Source: Lenisia limosa (lineage: Eukaryota; Protista; Breviatea). Taken from it: a DNA stretch of 64,000 bases. The stretch is from contig LPNZ01010852.1 of NCBI GenBank assembly GCA_001655205.1, forward strand, positions 8,273 to 72,272, written 5' to 3'. The notes under the pieces were generated by a model, which was not told the DNA's origin, did not search any database, and saw only the letters and a program-made list of their open reading frames with translations. Positions 1 through 12,980 of the stretch are shown here, piece after piece. Every line of letters begins with the position of its first letter. Position 1 is the first letter of the stretch. The position numbers and the translations under genes are program-made.

Positions 1-3000
1 CCCCGAGAATCTCAAGGTCCAATTCAGGTTCGGCCTCAGCTCTTTCTTCTCTCTTGCTCTCTCTCTTCTCTCTTCCCCTCTTTCTTTTCTCTTTTCTTTG
101 TCACCCCCCTCCCCCCAGAACTGTTGCTATGATGGTTCCAGACAGGCAAATTATCATGCGTGTTAAATTGGCATCTCAAGGGTAGGCTAGTTTCACAGGG
201 CCTCCTTTACCGCCAAGATTCCAAGAGAACATTATGCTTGCTAAGAAGTTCTTCATTCTCTATCGCCTGTGTGAGGAACAGCTCAGCAAACAGAGACACT
301 ACGATTTCGGCCTGCGGAACATCTTGAGTGTTTTGAGAACCTGCGGATACACCAAGGTTTGTGGTCTTCTTGCAAACACCCCTTGACCAATCCAGCGTGC
401 GAATCCTCACGACTCTGAAGTCATGATTCTAAAGCGAGTGTGTCGCGACCTAAACCTGTCCAAGCTGGTTGATGATGATGAGCCGCTCTTCTTGAGCCTC
501 ATTGGGTGGGTTATCTTAGGGCTTCACTTCGGTTCGAAAAAGACCTGTTAAATATCGATAGTTTTCGAGGATTTATCGAGAAGTTCAGTCTTTTTTCCAA
601 CCGAAGTGAAGCCCTAGCCATCTTCTCTATCATTCCTTGTGTTCTTGTTTAGTGGTCTTGGCCTTTCTGACCTTGTAGTGACCTTTTCCCGGAGGTTGAA
701 GTCAGCAAGGAGAACTACCCAACGCTGGAGGTAAGGCTGGCTTTTCGGAAATGAACTGAGCTGAACTGAACTGAACTGAACTGAGCATTTAGGCTGCGAT
801 CAAGGAGCATGTTGATGAGAAGGGCCTTGTCTACCACGACGAGTGGGTCAGTAAGGTGAGCGACCGCAGCTTATATGTTGGCATTAACCAGTACAGGTGG
901 TCCAGCTTCATGAGACGTCTCTTGTGCGGCACGGCATCATGGTGCTTGGCCCCTCCGGCTCGGGCAAAACCCAGTGCATCCACAGTCTCATGGCTGCTCT
1001 CAACAAAACTGGCCAGCCTCACAAGTGCGGATAATATTCTCTGACCGCATGTGCTGTTTCAAACCTCACCCCCAGGGACCGCATGTGCTATTTCAAACCT
1101 CACCCCCCAGGGAGATTCGCATGAACCCCAAGGCCATCACTGCTCCCCAAATGTTCGGACGTCTGGATGTTGTCACCAACGTATGCCCGACCTCGCCGTA
1201 TTGACGTTCAGGACTGGACCGACGGCATCTTTAGCTCCATTTGGCGCCGCGCGTGTAAGAAGAAAAGCGAGCAGATTTGGATCACGCTTGACGGGCCTGT
1301 TGATGCGATTTGGATTGAAAATCTGAACACTGTCCTAGATGATAACAAAGTAAGCGCTGTTGCCTTGGGTCACACTGTAGTCTCTGACTCTGGCCAATGG
1401 TGACCGAATTCCGATGCAAAACACGATGAAGCTTATCTTCGAAGTTTCAAACCTGGACAACGCGTCTCCTGCCACTGGTTTGCTACCTTGTCACTGGGCT
1501 TCCCCACGGTTCCAAAAAACTGAATCTCTCGATAAATTCTCGATGAATATCGATATTTTATTGGTCATTTTTTGAACCCTAAGGAAGCCCTCCCTACCTG
1601 TCATTCAATCTCGATTTCTGCTCAACTTTAATGGATACTATTATCAGTATGAATATTTCTGATGGTTTTAGTGAGCCGAGCTGGAATGATCTACCTTGCC
1701 GTCTCGACGCTGGGCTGGGAGCCTCTGTACCAATCTTGGGCAAAAACGCAGAACCGGGGCGTGCAAGGTGGGTCAATGTCTGTGCTTTGTTGACTCTTTA
1801 GACGTTCTCACCCCGCTGTTTACCGCCAACCTTCCAGTCCTTTTTACTCTTATCAAGGAGAGCCTCAAGCCAACCATGGCTGTATGTTGAGGGTTTTTAT
1901 GTATTCAGTCAGACCTTCAAGCAGTATTATTTCTCAATATTCCTCCGTTCATCATTGTTTGGTCGGTTACCCCTCTCCCCCAGGTGACTGAGATGAACAT
2001 GGTTACCACAACTACGGACATTCTGACCTCTCTTATTCCAGAGGTTTGTCAGAATAACGGTGTCTTTTCTTATTAAAAACAAAGCCGCCTTTTTGCTTAC
2101 CGCACAGGAGGAAGTTCGGTCAATGAGCGCAGAGCATCTGAGTCGGCTGTTCACATACGCAGTGACATGGGGCATGGGCGGACTGTTTGAGGTCGAAGAT
2201 AGGATCCTGTTCTCGAAGGAGCTTGCCAGCCGCCCCGTGAGTCCCTATACTGCCTTGTCTCAGTCGTTCTTGCCCATGGATTCATCGCTGTGCCTGACCT
2301 TTTAGGGTATCGACGTTCCCGTGATGAATGAAGGAGAAACGCTCTTCGACTTTATGGTGGAAAGCAACGGACAGTGGAAGGCCTGGGCTGATGTGTTAGT
2401 GGCGCATGCTTGTTTCTATTGCGTATTCGCCAACTCTGCCTGACTTCTTAGCGTACCTGAATATGTGTACCCCCAAGACCACTCACCGCTCTTCTCTTCA
2501 ATCTTCGTGCCCACTGTCGACAACACTCGCATCGACTACCTTCTCGACCTTCTCATGTCCCGAGTAGGCTCACTAATCGTGACTCTCACCTCTGCAGTCC
2601 AAGCCTGTCCTTCTGATCGGCAGTCCTGGAACTGCCAAAACAGCGACTATGACGCACTACCTGCGGCAACGGCGCTCTGAGAACCTGAGCTACAAACAAA
2701 TCAACTTCAGCAGTGCCACTACTCCCGGACAGGTGCGGTGGAAGACTCTTTCGGGAACATTTGAGCAGTGACATCGTTTACTCTGCTAGGTGCAGCGAAT
2801 GATTGAAGGAGTCGTCGACAAACGTCTTGGGAACACCTTCGGCCCTCCTGCTGGTAGGTACCTACGCCCTTTGCTGACTGTCTAGGAAAGCGAATGGCGT
2901 TGTTTATTGACGATCTGTCCATGCCTGTCATCAATGAATGGGGAGACCAGGTTTGCTAGCGCTTTTTGGATGCCCCATTGTCCCATTGTGGATTTGCTTC

Positions 3001-6000
3001 ACGCTCGCAGGTCACCAACGAACTTCTGCGCCAGCTTATTGACCAAGGCGGCCTCTACTCCCTGGTACGTCCGCCCTTATTCCCCTCTCTCAAGCCGCAT
3101 GACCCCCTAGGATAAGCCCGGAGAGTTCTCGCGTATCGTCGATGTTCAGTTCATGGCGGCAATGTCTCACCCCTCCGGCGGCCGCAACGACATTCCCGAA
3201 AGACTCAAGGTTGGCCCGGTCTGACTGCAATTAACTCTGTAGCGCCAATTTGCCATCTTCAACCTGCCGTCACCGTCGTCATCATCGGTGCAACACATCT
3301 ACAGCAAGATGGTGTCGGGCCACTTCTCAAGATCCAGAGGCTTCACCGAGGATAGTAGGCTGCTCCTTTGTCGTAACGCTCTAGTCCAAGCCTTGTCACC
3401 TAAACTGGTGGACCTCACGCAGAACCTCTGGTCCGCCACCGCGGCCCGAATGTTACCCACTCCCGCCAAGTTCCACTACGTCTTCACCCTCAGGTTTGAG
3501 CCTTGCACCCCATCTTGTTACGGTTTTAGGGACGTGAGCCGTATTGTTGAGGGCCTGCTCAGGGCCGACAGCTCCGTAATCTCCACCTCAAAGTCGCTGC
3601 TGAGCCTTTGGCGCCACGAGAGCCAGCGCGCAATCAGTGACCGCTTCACATCCAAAGACGAGCACGCCTGGTTCGACAGAGCTACTCAGGTTGGCGGCTG
3701 GGGACCTGAGAATCATGATGATTGACCAAATTGAAAATGTTGTAGCTCTTAAGACAAAGTTGATGATATAGGAACAACTTCTTACGGTGGCGGACCCCCA
3801 AACCGCTGCGGACGTCATGGAGGACCAATACTTCGTGGACTTCATGAGAGACCCCGAGGAGGTGCTTTAATATCGTATTTTGGAGTATTGACCCCCCAGA
3901 TTGAGGATCCGGAAGCTGACATCGAAGAGGCGCCAAAGATCTACGAAAAGCCCTCGTCCATGGCCAACTTACGCGGCCGTGCTGAGCACTTCATGCAGAT
4001 GTACACCCAGGAGACTAGGGGCATGAGTCTGGACCTGGTTCTCTTCAAGGACGCCATTACGCATCTCACGCGCATTTCTCGGGTGTTGCGCACACCTGTT
4101 GGCAACGCTCTTCTTGTGAGCTGGGTGGCCTCTTGGTACCGTTATGCATCAAAGAGTGACGGTGTAGGTTGGTGTCGGAGGAAGCGGACGGCAGTCTTTG
4201 ACCCGACTTGCTTCGTACATTGCAGGCAATGAATGCTTCCAGATCCAGGTGCGTCGGTAGCCCCAGGTTTTATTATATTTTGATCTTCAAATGAACTTGG
4301 GTTGTTGGTGCGACGAATGACTCTTTAGGTCACCCGAACTTACAACGTCAGCAATCTCATAGACGACCTCAAAGTGTGCAGTGAACAGATATCACGGATT
4401 TGCTCTATTGGATTAGTCCTTGCGCGCTTTTTGCTCCAGCCTCATATTTTAGCATTTGTACCGAGTAACTGGTGGAGAGGGGCGACCAGTGACCTTCATC
4501 TTAACCGATAACGACATCGTTGACGAGGCCTTCCTTGAGTACATCAATAGCATCCTTAGGTTTGTCTCTGCCCTGGTGTTGTCATGACTTCAGTTCGGGT
4601 GAAGTGCCGAACCTCTTCCCTCGAGATGAGCTTGACTTGGTACTCTCTGACCTTCGCGCTGTGTTCCTCAAGGATCCCGCAATGAAGGTTCGACTCCATC
4701 TGATTCTGCTTTTCTTGTCAGGATACATTTTCAATTATTTTCTACCCCCCCCTCTGGAGTGATGGAGTGGTGGGATGCGGTCGGTGCTGCATAAGCGACT
4801 GGCCTGAGCTTTGTTTGTTTTTTTGTTATCAACCCTCGNNNNNNNNNNNNNNNNNNNNNNNNNNNNNNNNNNNNNNNNNNNNNNNNNNNNNNNNNNNNNN
4901 NNNNNNNCAGGGAGAAATCGATACGCAGGAGGAGCTCTACTCGTACTTCATACAGCGCGCCCGCGCCAATCTCCACGTAGTGTTGTGCATGAGCCCTGTT
5001 GGTGAGACGCTCCGCTCTCGCTCTCTCCGCTTCCCGGGTCTCATTTCTGGCTGCACCATTGATTGGTTCTTCGGATGGCCTCGTGAAGCCCTCGTGGAAG
5101 TGGCTGCAAAGCACATCAAAAACTTCCCCATGCTCTGCAGCGGCGAGGACAGAGACGCGCTCGTCGACCACATGGCCTTCCTGCACAGCCACGTCAAGGC
5201 GCAGTGTGACAATTACTTCCAAAAATACCGCAGATCGACTTACGTCACCCCCAAGTCCTATCTCTCCTTCATCAATCAGGTATTCCTTCCACCTTTCTTT
5301 CCTTCTCATCCCTTCAGTACATGAGGTTCTACGACTTGAAGAAGAACCATTACGATGACCTTGCCTCCCGAATGAACCAAGGTCTTGAGAAGCTGCTGGA
5401 GGCCGGAGAAAGCGTGTCTCGTCTGAGACTCGAACTTGTTGACAAGGTGGCCGGACTTTCTGACGTCACGTAGAATGCTTGATGGTTGGGAATGACGATT
5501 TAGGAACGCAACTTAGAGGTGGCACAAGCGAAGGCTCAGGAGTTCCTCGTCGTCATCACTGCTAAAACAGCCGAGGCTGAAAAGAAAAAGAACGAGGTAG
5601 GCTCCACTTATATATATTTTGGAATATTTCATTTGAACTATGTGCACTGACCCTTCAAACTCAAAAATATGACACTTTGTACTCACCCCCCCCCCCTAGG
5701 TTCTTGTGGTCAAAGAAGAAATGGCAGATGTTGTGGCCAAGATCGAATGTGACAAGAAGGTGGTGGAAGACGATCTTCTTGAGGCCAAACCGGCCCTGGA
5801 CAGTGCCATTGAGGCGCTCGACCGCATCAAGCCCGCTGATATCAGGTAACGGGGATAGGGAGTGATATCAAGTAATGGGGATGGGGAGGAGTGATGTCAG
5901 GTAACGGGGATAGGGAATGTTTGCTTGCATGCATGTCTGAACTGACCCCTTTTCAGTAACGTGAAGAAGCTGCGTAAGCCGCCCAACCTCATCCAGAGAA

Positions 6001-9000
6001 TCCTTGACGGTGTTCTTTTGCTCAAACAGCAGCCTGTTCTCCCCATCCAGGTTTGTCATGATGGCTTGCTTCTCACCCTATAGCCCGACCCCGAAAAGCC
6101 CGGGTATTTCCTGGCGTCGTGGGCCAATGCTGTTCGTACCATGGGTGCCGGCGACTTCCTACCCTCGCTTCTCAACTTCCCCAAGGACCAGGTATGCCTG
6201 TTGCTATTGTTTCAATAGTGTTTTCAATTTCTAACTCGATGCAGATTACGGACGAGACCATTGAGCTGCTGCAGCCCTACCTTGAAATGCCAGACTTCAA
6301 CTCCAAGGACGCCGAGAAATCCTCGGGTTCCATCGCTGGTCTCTGCAGCTGGGTTCAAGCTATGGTGGGGGCGTGTGCAGTATGTAATGAATGATCAGCA
6401 TTTTTGTTGAGATGTTAACGATCTAGGTGATCTATCGCCGTGTTTCCAAGGAGGTCCTTCCCAAAAAGGAAGCTTTAGTTCGGGCCGAGAGGAAACTGCA
6501 GTTAGCACAGGCCGACTTGCAGACCACCCAGGTTTGTTTTTATTTTCAGTGTATTGATATTGCGCTCCTGATGTTGTACTGATCCTCCTCAGGAGGAACT
6601 CGATGGAAAGCAGAAGGTTCTAGATGAGATGAAGGCCGAATATGAAGAGGCCCTGAGACACAAACAAGCCCTCCAGGTATGGAGGTTTTTCTGGTTCAGA
6701 TGTTTGATTCTCATGATACAGACTTATTCTTCCCTTGACCACCCCAGGATGATGCTGAGCTGACGGCTCGGAAGGCAGAAAGCGCCACGTCTCTCATTTC
6801 TGGGCTCTCCGGAGAGAAGGAAAGATGGACGCAGCAATCTCGTGAGACATGGTGTAGAGAATTTAACATGTGGTTCGTTGTTGTCCGCCTTACCACCCCC
6901 TCACAGGAGAATTTGCGGAATCAACGCGTCGTTTAGTTGGAGATGTTGCTCTTGCTTCAGCCTTCCTTTCCTATTGCGGACCCTTCAACCAAGAGTTCAG
7001 GGCCAGCCTCTTCAAGTCTTTCACCAGAGTATGCTGAGATTGACCCATCATCATAATAATGATGTTTCGCCAACAGAGTTGATCTGAGGCTTTTTGTTTT
7101 CCTGTCACCTCCCTAGGACTTGAAGCAACACAACATTCCGTGCAGCCAAACCCTGGACGTCACCAAGCTCCTTGCTGATGAAGCAACTATAGGCGAATGG
7201 CATCTCCAGGTACATATAAACATAATGTTATACAATACGCATTTTGGTGTAATTCACACTTAAAAAGACATATTTTGCGACAAGTTATAAGGAAAAACTT
7301 TTTGCCATCAGTGTAACTCACTGTATACCTTACGTTCCTGATGATGCCTCTAACCCTTCAATGGCATTTGACGCATTAGGGTCTGCCCACTGACGAGCTG
7401 TCCATCCAAAATGGCGTCGTTGTCACAAATTCGTCCCGCTACCCCTTGCTGGTCGACCCCCAGGGACAGGCCAGAGCCTGGCTCACGTCTCGAGAGGTCG
7501 GCTTACCTTTCCCCGATCCCTCACCATCTAGGCTAAGAACAACTTGCGCATCACTAGCTTCTCGGATAAGTTCTTCCGTCAAACGCTGGAGGATTGTCTG
7601 TCGTTCGGCTACCCCATTCTTATTGAGGGCATTGTGGAGTCCCTGGACCCGGTCCTTGATAACGTCCTTGAGAAAGTTTTCATCAAAACTGGAAGGTTGG
7701 TCCTGTTGCTTGTTGACATCTTGATCGATTTGTTCACATTATTTAGGACCCGGAAGGTGCGAGTTGGAGATAAGGAAATCGACTTTGACGATAATTTCTT
7801 CCTGTACATGACAACGAATTTGGCCAACCCCTCTTTCTCGCCCGAGGTATGCATCACACTTGTTTTCCTTTTAACTGCCTAGGTGTTTGCAAAGACCTCT
7901 GTTGTGGACTTCACGGTGACTATGAAGGGACTGGAGGACCAGCTTCTTGGTGAGCCGTTTTGACCCATCTCACAGCTCAGGACGTGTAATCCTGAAGGAG
8001 AAGATCGAGCTTGAACAACAGCGCCAACAACTGCTTGAGGACGTAGGTTTAATTACATTTTTATATTCACTTGCAATCTCCATATTACTAGCAATCAAGA
8101 TTGTCCGTAGCAGATTTATCCATTAAATAGTAGTGAACGGTGTTCGTGAACTGACTCTGCAGGTGAACCAAAACAAGAGACGAATGAAGGAGCTTGAAGA
8201 CTCTCTGCTGCTTCGGCTGACCACCACCGAAGGCTCGCTTGTCGACGATGTTGAGTTGATCGGAGTCCTCAATAGCTCCAAGACCACAGCCAATGAGGTT
8301 CTGGAGAAACTCACAAACAGCCAGGATACAGAGACCAAAATCAACATTGCACGAGAGGAGTTCAGACCTGTCGCCACGCGCGGCTCTATTCTCTACTTCC
8401 TTATCGGTAGGCTGCCCTCCTAAGCGGTGGTGTGGGCCTAATACTATCCCCTTTCCCCATATGAGAACCTGACGTTGCAGTCGAAGTTGGCCTTGTCAAC
8501 CACATGTACGCTACAAGTTTGGCGCAGTTCCTCAAGACGTTCGATCTCGTGGGAGGGATTAGATTGCTTTTGATTAGTATTGGCCCGTTCTAACCACCCA
8601 GGCCATCGATAGAGCCCCACGGTCGCCGCTGCCGGTCAAGAGACTACGCAATATTGTCGACAGTGTCACCGCCGCCGTAGGTCTTATTTTTGTTCATGGG
8701 GTCAACTTAATGCTGGCGGATTGATTTTGACTCCGCAAGGTGCATACCAACGTTGTTCGAGGCCTTTATGAGAAGGACAAGTTCCTATTCAGTCTGCAGC
8801 TCGCGCTCAAGGTCAGTGAGGGCCTTAGAACTAGGGCTTCACATCCGTTCAAAAATACTGGTAAAATATATCGATAGTTTTCGAGGGTTTATCGAGAAAT
8901 TCAGTCTTTTTTCGAACCGAAGTGAAGCCCTACTTAGGACAGACTCTTGAGACGATTCTTTGACGTTTTAGGTTGACCTCAAGGCCGGCAACATCTCCTT

Positions 9001-12000
9001 CCAGGAGTACCGTTATCTCATCAGAGTACGTTCCGATACTCCCCCCCCCCCCCCNNNNNNNNNNNNNNNNNNNNNNNNNNNNNNNNNNNNNNNNNNNNNN
9101 NNNNNNNNNNNNNNNNNNNNNNNNNNNNNNNNNNNNNNNNNNNNNNNNNNNNNNNNNNNNNNNNNNNNGAAGCCTTGCCACTGGATCACTGACTCGTCTT
9201 GGCTCAATCTTGTCGCCCTCAGGTATGTCTTTGTGTCTCTTGTCATGGCTAAATTACTCTTTCTGTGTCTCTTGCAATGGCTAAATCACTCTTTCTGTGT
9301 CTCTTGCAATGGCTAGATTACTCTTTTTACTGCAATGACCTGCTACACTTGTTGTACATCCCTAACCTGCAGTGATTTGCCACAATTTAGCGAAGTGCTT
9401 GACCACCTGGTTGCCAACAGCGCCAAATGGCAGCAATGGTGCGCGCGCGGGGGGTATTAGCAATTGACACACCACCGCAACTGACCATCAGGTACGAACT
9501 TGAGGCACCAGAGAAGGCAATCCTCCCCGACCGCGGAATGGAGGGACTTGATTCGTTCCGTCGGCTCCTTGTGCTCCGAGCCTGGTGTGAGGACCGCGTC
9601 ATATTCGCCGCCACCGACTACATCTCCGNNNNNNNNNNNNNNNNNNNNNNNNNNNNNNNNNNNNNNNNNNNNNNNNNNNNNNNNNNNNNNNNNNNNNNNN
9701 NNNNNNNNNNNNNNNNNNNNNNNNNNNNTCCAAGCTTGGTGAGCGGTACATCAACGCCGTGCCTGTGGACTTGGACAAGATCAGTCATGAGGCCGAACCG
9801 GTCACTCCGATCGTGGGGGGAGGGGTAGTTGTCATCAAAGTCCGCCACGATGCCTAACTCACTAGGTTTGCCTCCTGAGCCAGGGTAGTGATCCGTCCAG
9901 CTCAATATCATCTCTTGCAAAGAGACGCAAGGTTCGCTTATCGTGAAATAGTGTTATGGCATTGCTCCTGTGATTATCTCAGATTACGCTGGGCGAGATC
10001 TCCATGGGCCAAGGACAGGAGCCCCATGCACGTCGTCTCGTCACCCAGGCAATGGCACAAGGCCACTGGGTGCTTCTGCAGAACGGCCATCTCGGCCTCC
10101 CCTTCCTCAATGAGCTCATGGAACTCCTCAAATCTACACAAGTCTGTACAGCCGTCCCTATTCCAGCCGTTCTCAAACCGTTCTGACTCCTTAGGACATT
10201 GACAGCAACTTCAGAGTGTGGGTGACTACGGACCCCATTGACGTGTTCCCAATTGCTCTCCTACAAACATCCATCAAGGTTTGCCACCACCAGGACCGGA
10301 CCGGAGCTGATTCTTTCAGGTCACTTCCGAGCCGCCTCTTGGACTCAAGGCCGGCCTCTCCAGAACCTACCAATGGGTCACCCAGGTATGGACTACTCTC
10401 TAGTGGAAATGTTGACGCTCTTAGGAACTTCTCGATGCTGTTGACAAAACACAGTGGCAACCAATCCTCTACGTGTATGCCCTGTCATCCTCTTGTCTTA
10501 ATCCACTCCCTTTTTAAGAATTTTTTTTTAAAATCTAGCCTCCCCAGTCGCAAAATTCTTAAAGAAACCATCCTTCCACCAACTTTTATCGAAGTTGCTT
10601 TGACCCCCCCTTTATTTCACGCCCCAGACTCTGCTTCCTCCACTCAGTGGTGCAGGAAAGAAGAAAGTTTGGAGCCCTGGGTTGGAACATCCCCTATGAG
10701 TTCAACCTCAGTGACTTACAGGTCGGGCATTACCGGCTTTCATTGGATTGGCCGTATTCAGGATAGAGCTTGTTTGATTCCTTAGGCTGGAGTGTTGTTC
10801 CTGCAGAACTTCATCTACGACTGGGACCACCGCCGGCCGATTTCATGGTCAACCATCCAGTACATGCTTGCCGAGGTATGTGATCAATCATGGCCCTCTG
10901 CTTGTCTGACTTTTCAGGTTGTCTACGGTGGCAGAGTCACTGACGATTTCGATAGAATACTGATGAACACCTTTACTGAGGTATGCACGTCTTTACCAGT
11001 TCAATCCCTAAACCACCAGGTCTGGCTTGGCGACCAGATTCTGCAGCCGAATTTCAAATTCAGTGGCAGCTACGGCATCCCCCAACTCTCGACGATTGAT
11101 GAGTACCGCAAAGAGGTGGCACAACTGCCCCTTGTCGACAGCCCTGAGGTGAGCGATCTTTGATCTTGTCATATCTGACACCCCAGGTCTTTGGTCTGCA
11201 TCCCAATGCTGACATCACGTACCGGACCAACCAAGGCCGTGCTGTCCTTGATACCATTCTCAGCGTCCAGCCCAAGGTAAGGCTTTCTCTTGACTATCAC
11301 GCATGCAATACCACACCCGTTAGCAACGAAAGTATGATACAAGGATAAGGAAAACGCCTCCGGGTGATGGTAATGCTGCAGGAAAACATTGGTTCTGGAG
11401 AGACTCGTGAGGACACAGTGCTGAAGATTGTCAACGACCTTCTCGGCAAAATGCCAGCTAACTTCGAACCAGCCAAGGTGGGCAATATCATTCCTTGCGT
11501 TTCTTCCTTGAATGGTATCTGACAACACAGGTGGTGAAGGCTATCCAACGACTTGGTGGGATGGCTGTCCCCCTCAATGTGTTCCTCAAGCAGGAGGTCA
11601 CGACTATGGCTAAGGTGCGTGCCTATTTGACATTGTGGAGCAAACGGGAAATGCATTCATTGTCTAGGTGCTGACCCTTGTGCGTAAGACCCTTGAGGAC
11701 CTGCAGCTCGCAATCGCTGGTACCATCATCATGAATGCCGAACTTCAGGTATGGTGTTACTTTGTTGCCCTTCTTCTTCTTCGTGTTGTTTCGCCTAACT
11801 CTTCAGTCCGCCCTCAACTCACTCTATGACGCAATGGTACCCGAATCTTGGTCCAAAGTGGGGACCAACAAATCGACCGCTTTGTGTTCTTTCATTTCTG
11901 ATCTCTCAGATCTCATGGCCTTCTCCCACCCTTGGGTTCTGGATGAACGATCTCGATCAGAGATGCAGCCAATACAGTACCTGGCTCTATGACGGAATCC

Positions 12001-12886
12001 CGAAGGTGTTCCTCTTCTCTGCTTTCTTCAACCCCCAGGTTCGCATTCCTCTGTTAACTTTTATTTCTGTTTGACATCAAGTTGATTCTTAAACTCACAA
12101 TGCAGGGCTTCTTGACGTCCATGAAACAGGAGGTGACCAGACAGCGTGGATGGGCCTTGGACGCCGCCGTACTTCATGGCGAGGTTAGGATTCTCTGACT
12201 GAATAAAGCCTGGACCAACTATTTGCTTCATAATGAGTAGACTCGGGCAATTAATATTAATCAAATATTAATATGATTTGACTGAATTTTTTTTCAATAT
12301 TTCTGATCAATGAAATATCAGCAACTGTGATGCATTGCACGCTTTGACCAGTAGGTTCTACGCGTGGACAAAGAAGGCATTGACAGGCCAGCAGACGAGG
12401 GAGTCTACCTGCAAGGCCTGTGGCTCGAGGGCGCGGGATGGGACAAACGTCACGGCCGTCTTACTGAGGCTAGTGCTAAGGTTTGTGTCTTACGTTCTTG
12501 TCAATCTCATCCTCACACAGGTTCTTCACACCAAAATGCCTGTTATTCATGTGACATGTGTTACTTCCAGTCACCCCACCCAACAAGGACTTCAAGTAGG
12601 TCGCTCTTTCACAATGATATGTTTTCAACAACTATTCCATTGAGCATGCTACTTTGAAGACGCTAAACTCTTACTATTGCAGAAGTCATACAGCTGCCCC
12701 GTGTATACCACTCCCCAAAGGACAGATCTGAACCACATTTTCAACATCTCCCTTCCAACCAATGTGGTATGTTGAAGAGCTTTTAATTTTGAGAAGACAG
12801 GTGTACAGTATGTCATTTACTGACCTTTTCAGACCCCAGACAGATGGATTCTCCGTGGTGTTGCTCTCGTGTCGTCCAAGCAATAA
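1..12886 (+). CDS. DNAH5/DNAH8: Axonemal dynein heavy chain, outer-arm gamma type (5' end outside window; dozens of short introns; interrupted by N-gaps)
   Basis: Spliced exons give AAA1-end [19 protein letters not shown]2 P-loop [11 protein letters not shown]3 GSPGTAKT plus [16 protein letters not shown] and [15 protein letters not shown]4 [11 protein letters not shown], a stalk coiled coil, AAA5 [15 protein letters not shown]6 [22 protein letters not shown] and C-terminal CPVY...WILRGVAL. Stop TAA at 12884-12886. The GTAKT AAA3 loop and EWGDQ motif are typical of the gamma/DNAH5-8 clade. Confidence 0.96.
519..614. mobile_element. MITE family A copy (96 bp, TIR GGGCTTCACTTCGGTT..., TA flanks), in a dynein intron
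   Basis: TA|GGGCTTCACTTCGGTTCGAAAAAGAC ... GTCTTTTTTCCAACCGAAGTGAAGCCC|TA; recurs elsewhere in the window. Confidence 0.9.
752..785. repeat. (TGAAC)n microsatellite in a dynein intron
   Basis: About six imperfect pentamer units read directly. Confidence 0.8.
1043..1111 (+). repeat. Tandem duplication of an intron 3' end, giving two acceptors 35 nt apart
   Basis: gaccgcatgtgct(g/a)tttcaaacctcaccccc(c)ag occurs twice; AGs at 1074-75 and 1109-10. Confidence 0.85.
1496..1590. mobile_element. MITE family A, degenerate copy in reverse orientation, in a dynein intron
   Basis: GGGCTTCCCCACGGTTCC...TTGAACCCTAAGGAAGCCC; the core is the reverse complement of the 519-614 core. Confidence 0.75.
5837..5917 (+). 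repeat. Triple tandem duplication of exon end plus 5' splice site
   Basis: tgatatcaggtaacggggatagggag / tgatatcaagtaatggggatggggaggag / tgatgtcaggtaacggggataggga. Confidence 0.8.
8834..8930. mobile_element. MITE family A copy in a dynein intron
   Basis: TA|GGGCTTCACATCCGTTC...CGAACCGAAGTGAAGCCC|TA. Confidence 0.9.
9232..9328. repeat. Intronic tandem repeat, three units of ~33 bp
   Basis: tgtgtctcttg(tc/ca)atggcta(a/g)at(t/c)actcttt occurs three times. Confidence 0.8.
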
Positions 12887-12946
12887 ATATCTTTATCAAT
12901 ATAGTCTATTTCATGTAACTTAATATTGCCTTCATAAGGCGTATTG

Positions 12947-12980
12947 CTGGCAAGATGTCTCGCAAGCATCTCGCTAAGAA
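12947..12980 (+). pseudogene. 34-bp fragment of the histone H3 tail coding sequence, inverted relative to the H3 gene
   Basis: ctggcaagatgtctcgcaagcatctcgctaagaa is the exact reverse complement of 13773-13806. Confidence 0.85.

Noticed and set aside
519-614. MITE families A and B as introners (intron-generating elements)
   Set aside because: Each copy lies inside a larger intron whose GT and AG are supplied by flanking sequence; the element ends are not the splice sites.
4839-4907. N-runs, many next to poly-C or poly-G tracts, throughout the window
   Set aside because: These are scaffold gaps, not biology; ORF-track entries containing X are uninformative.
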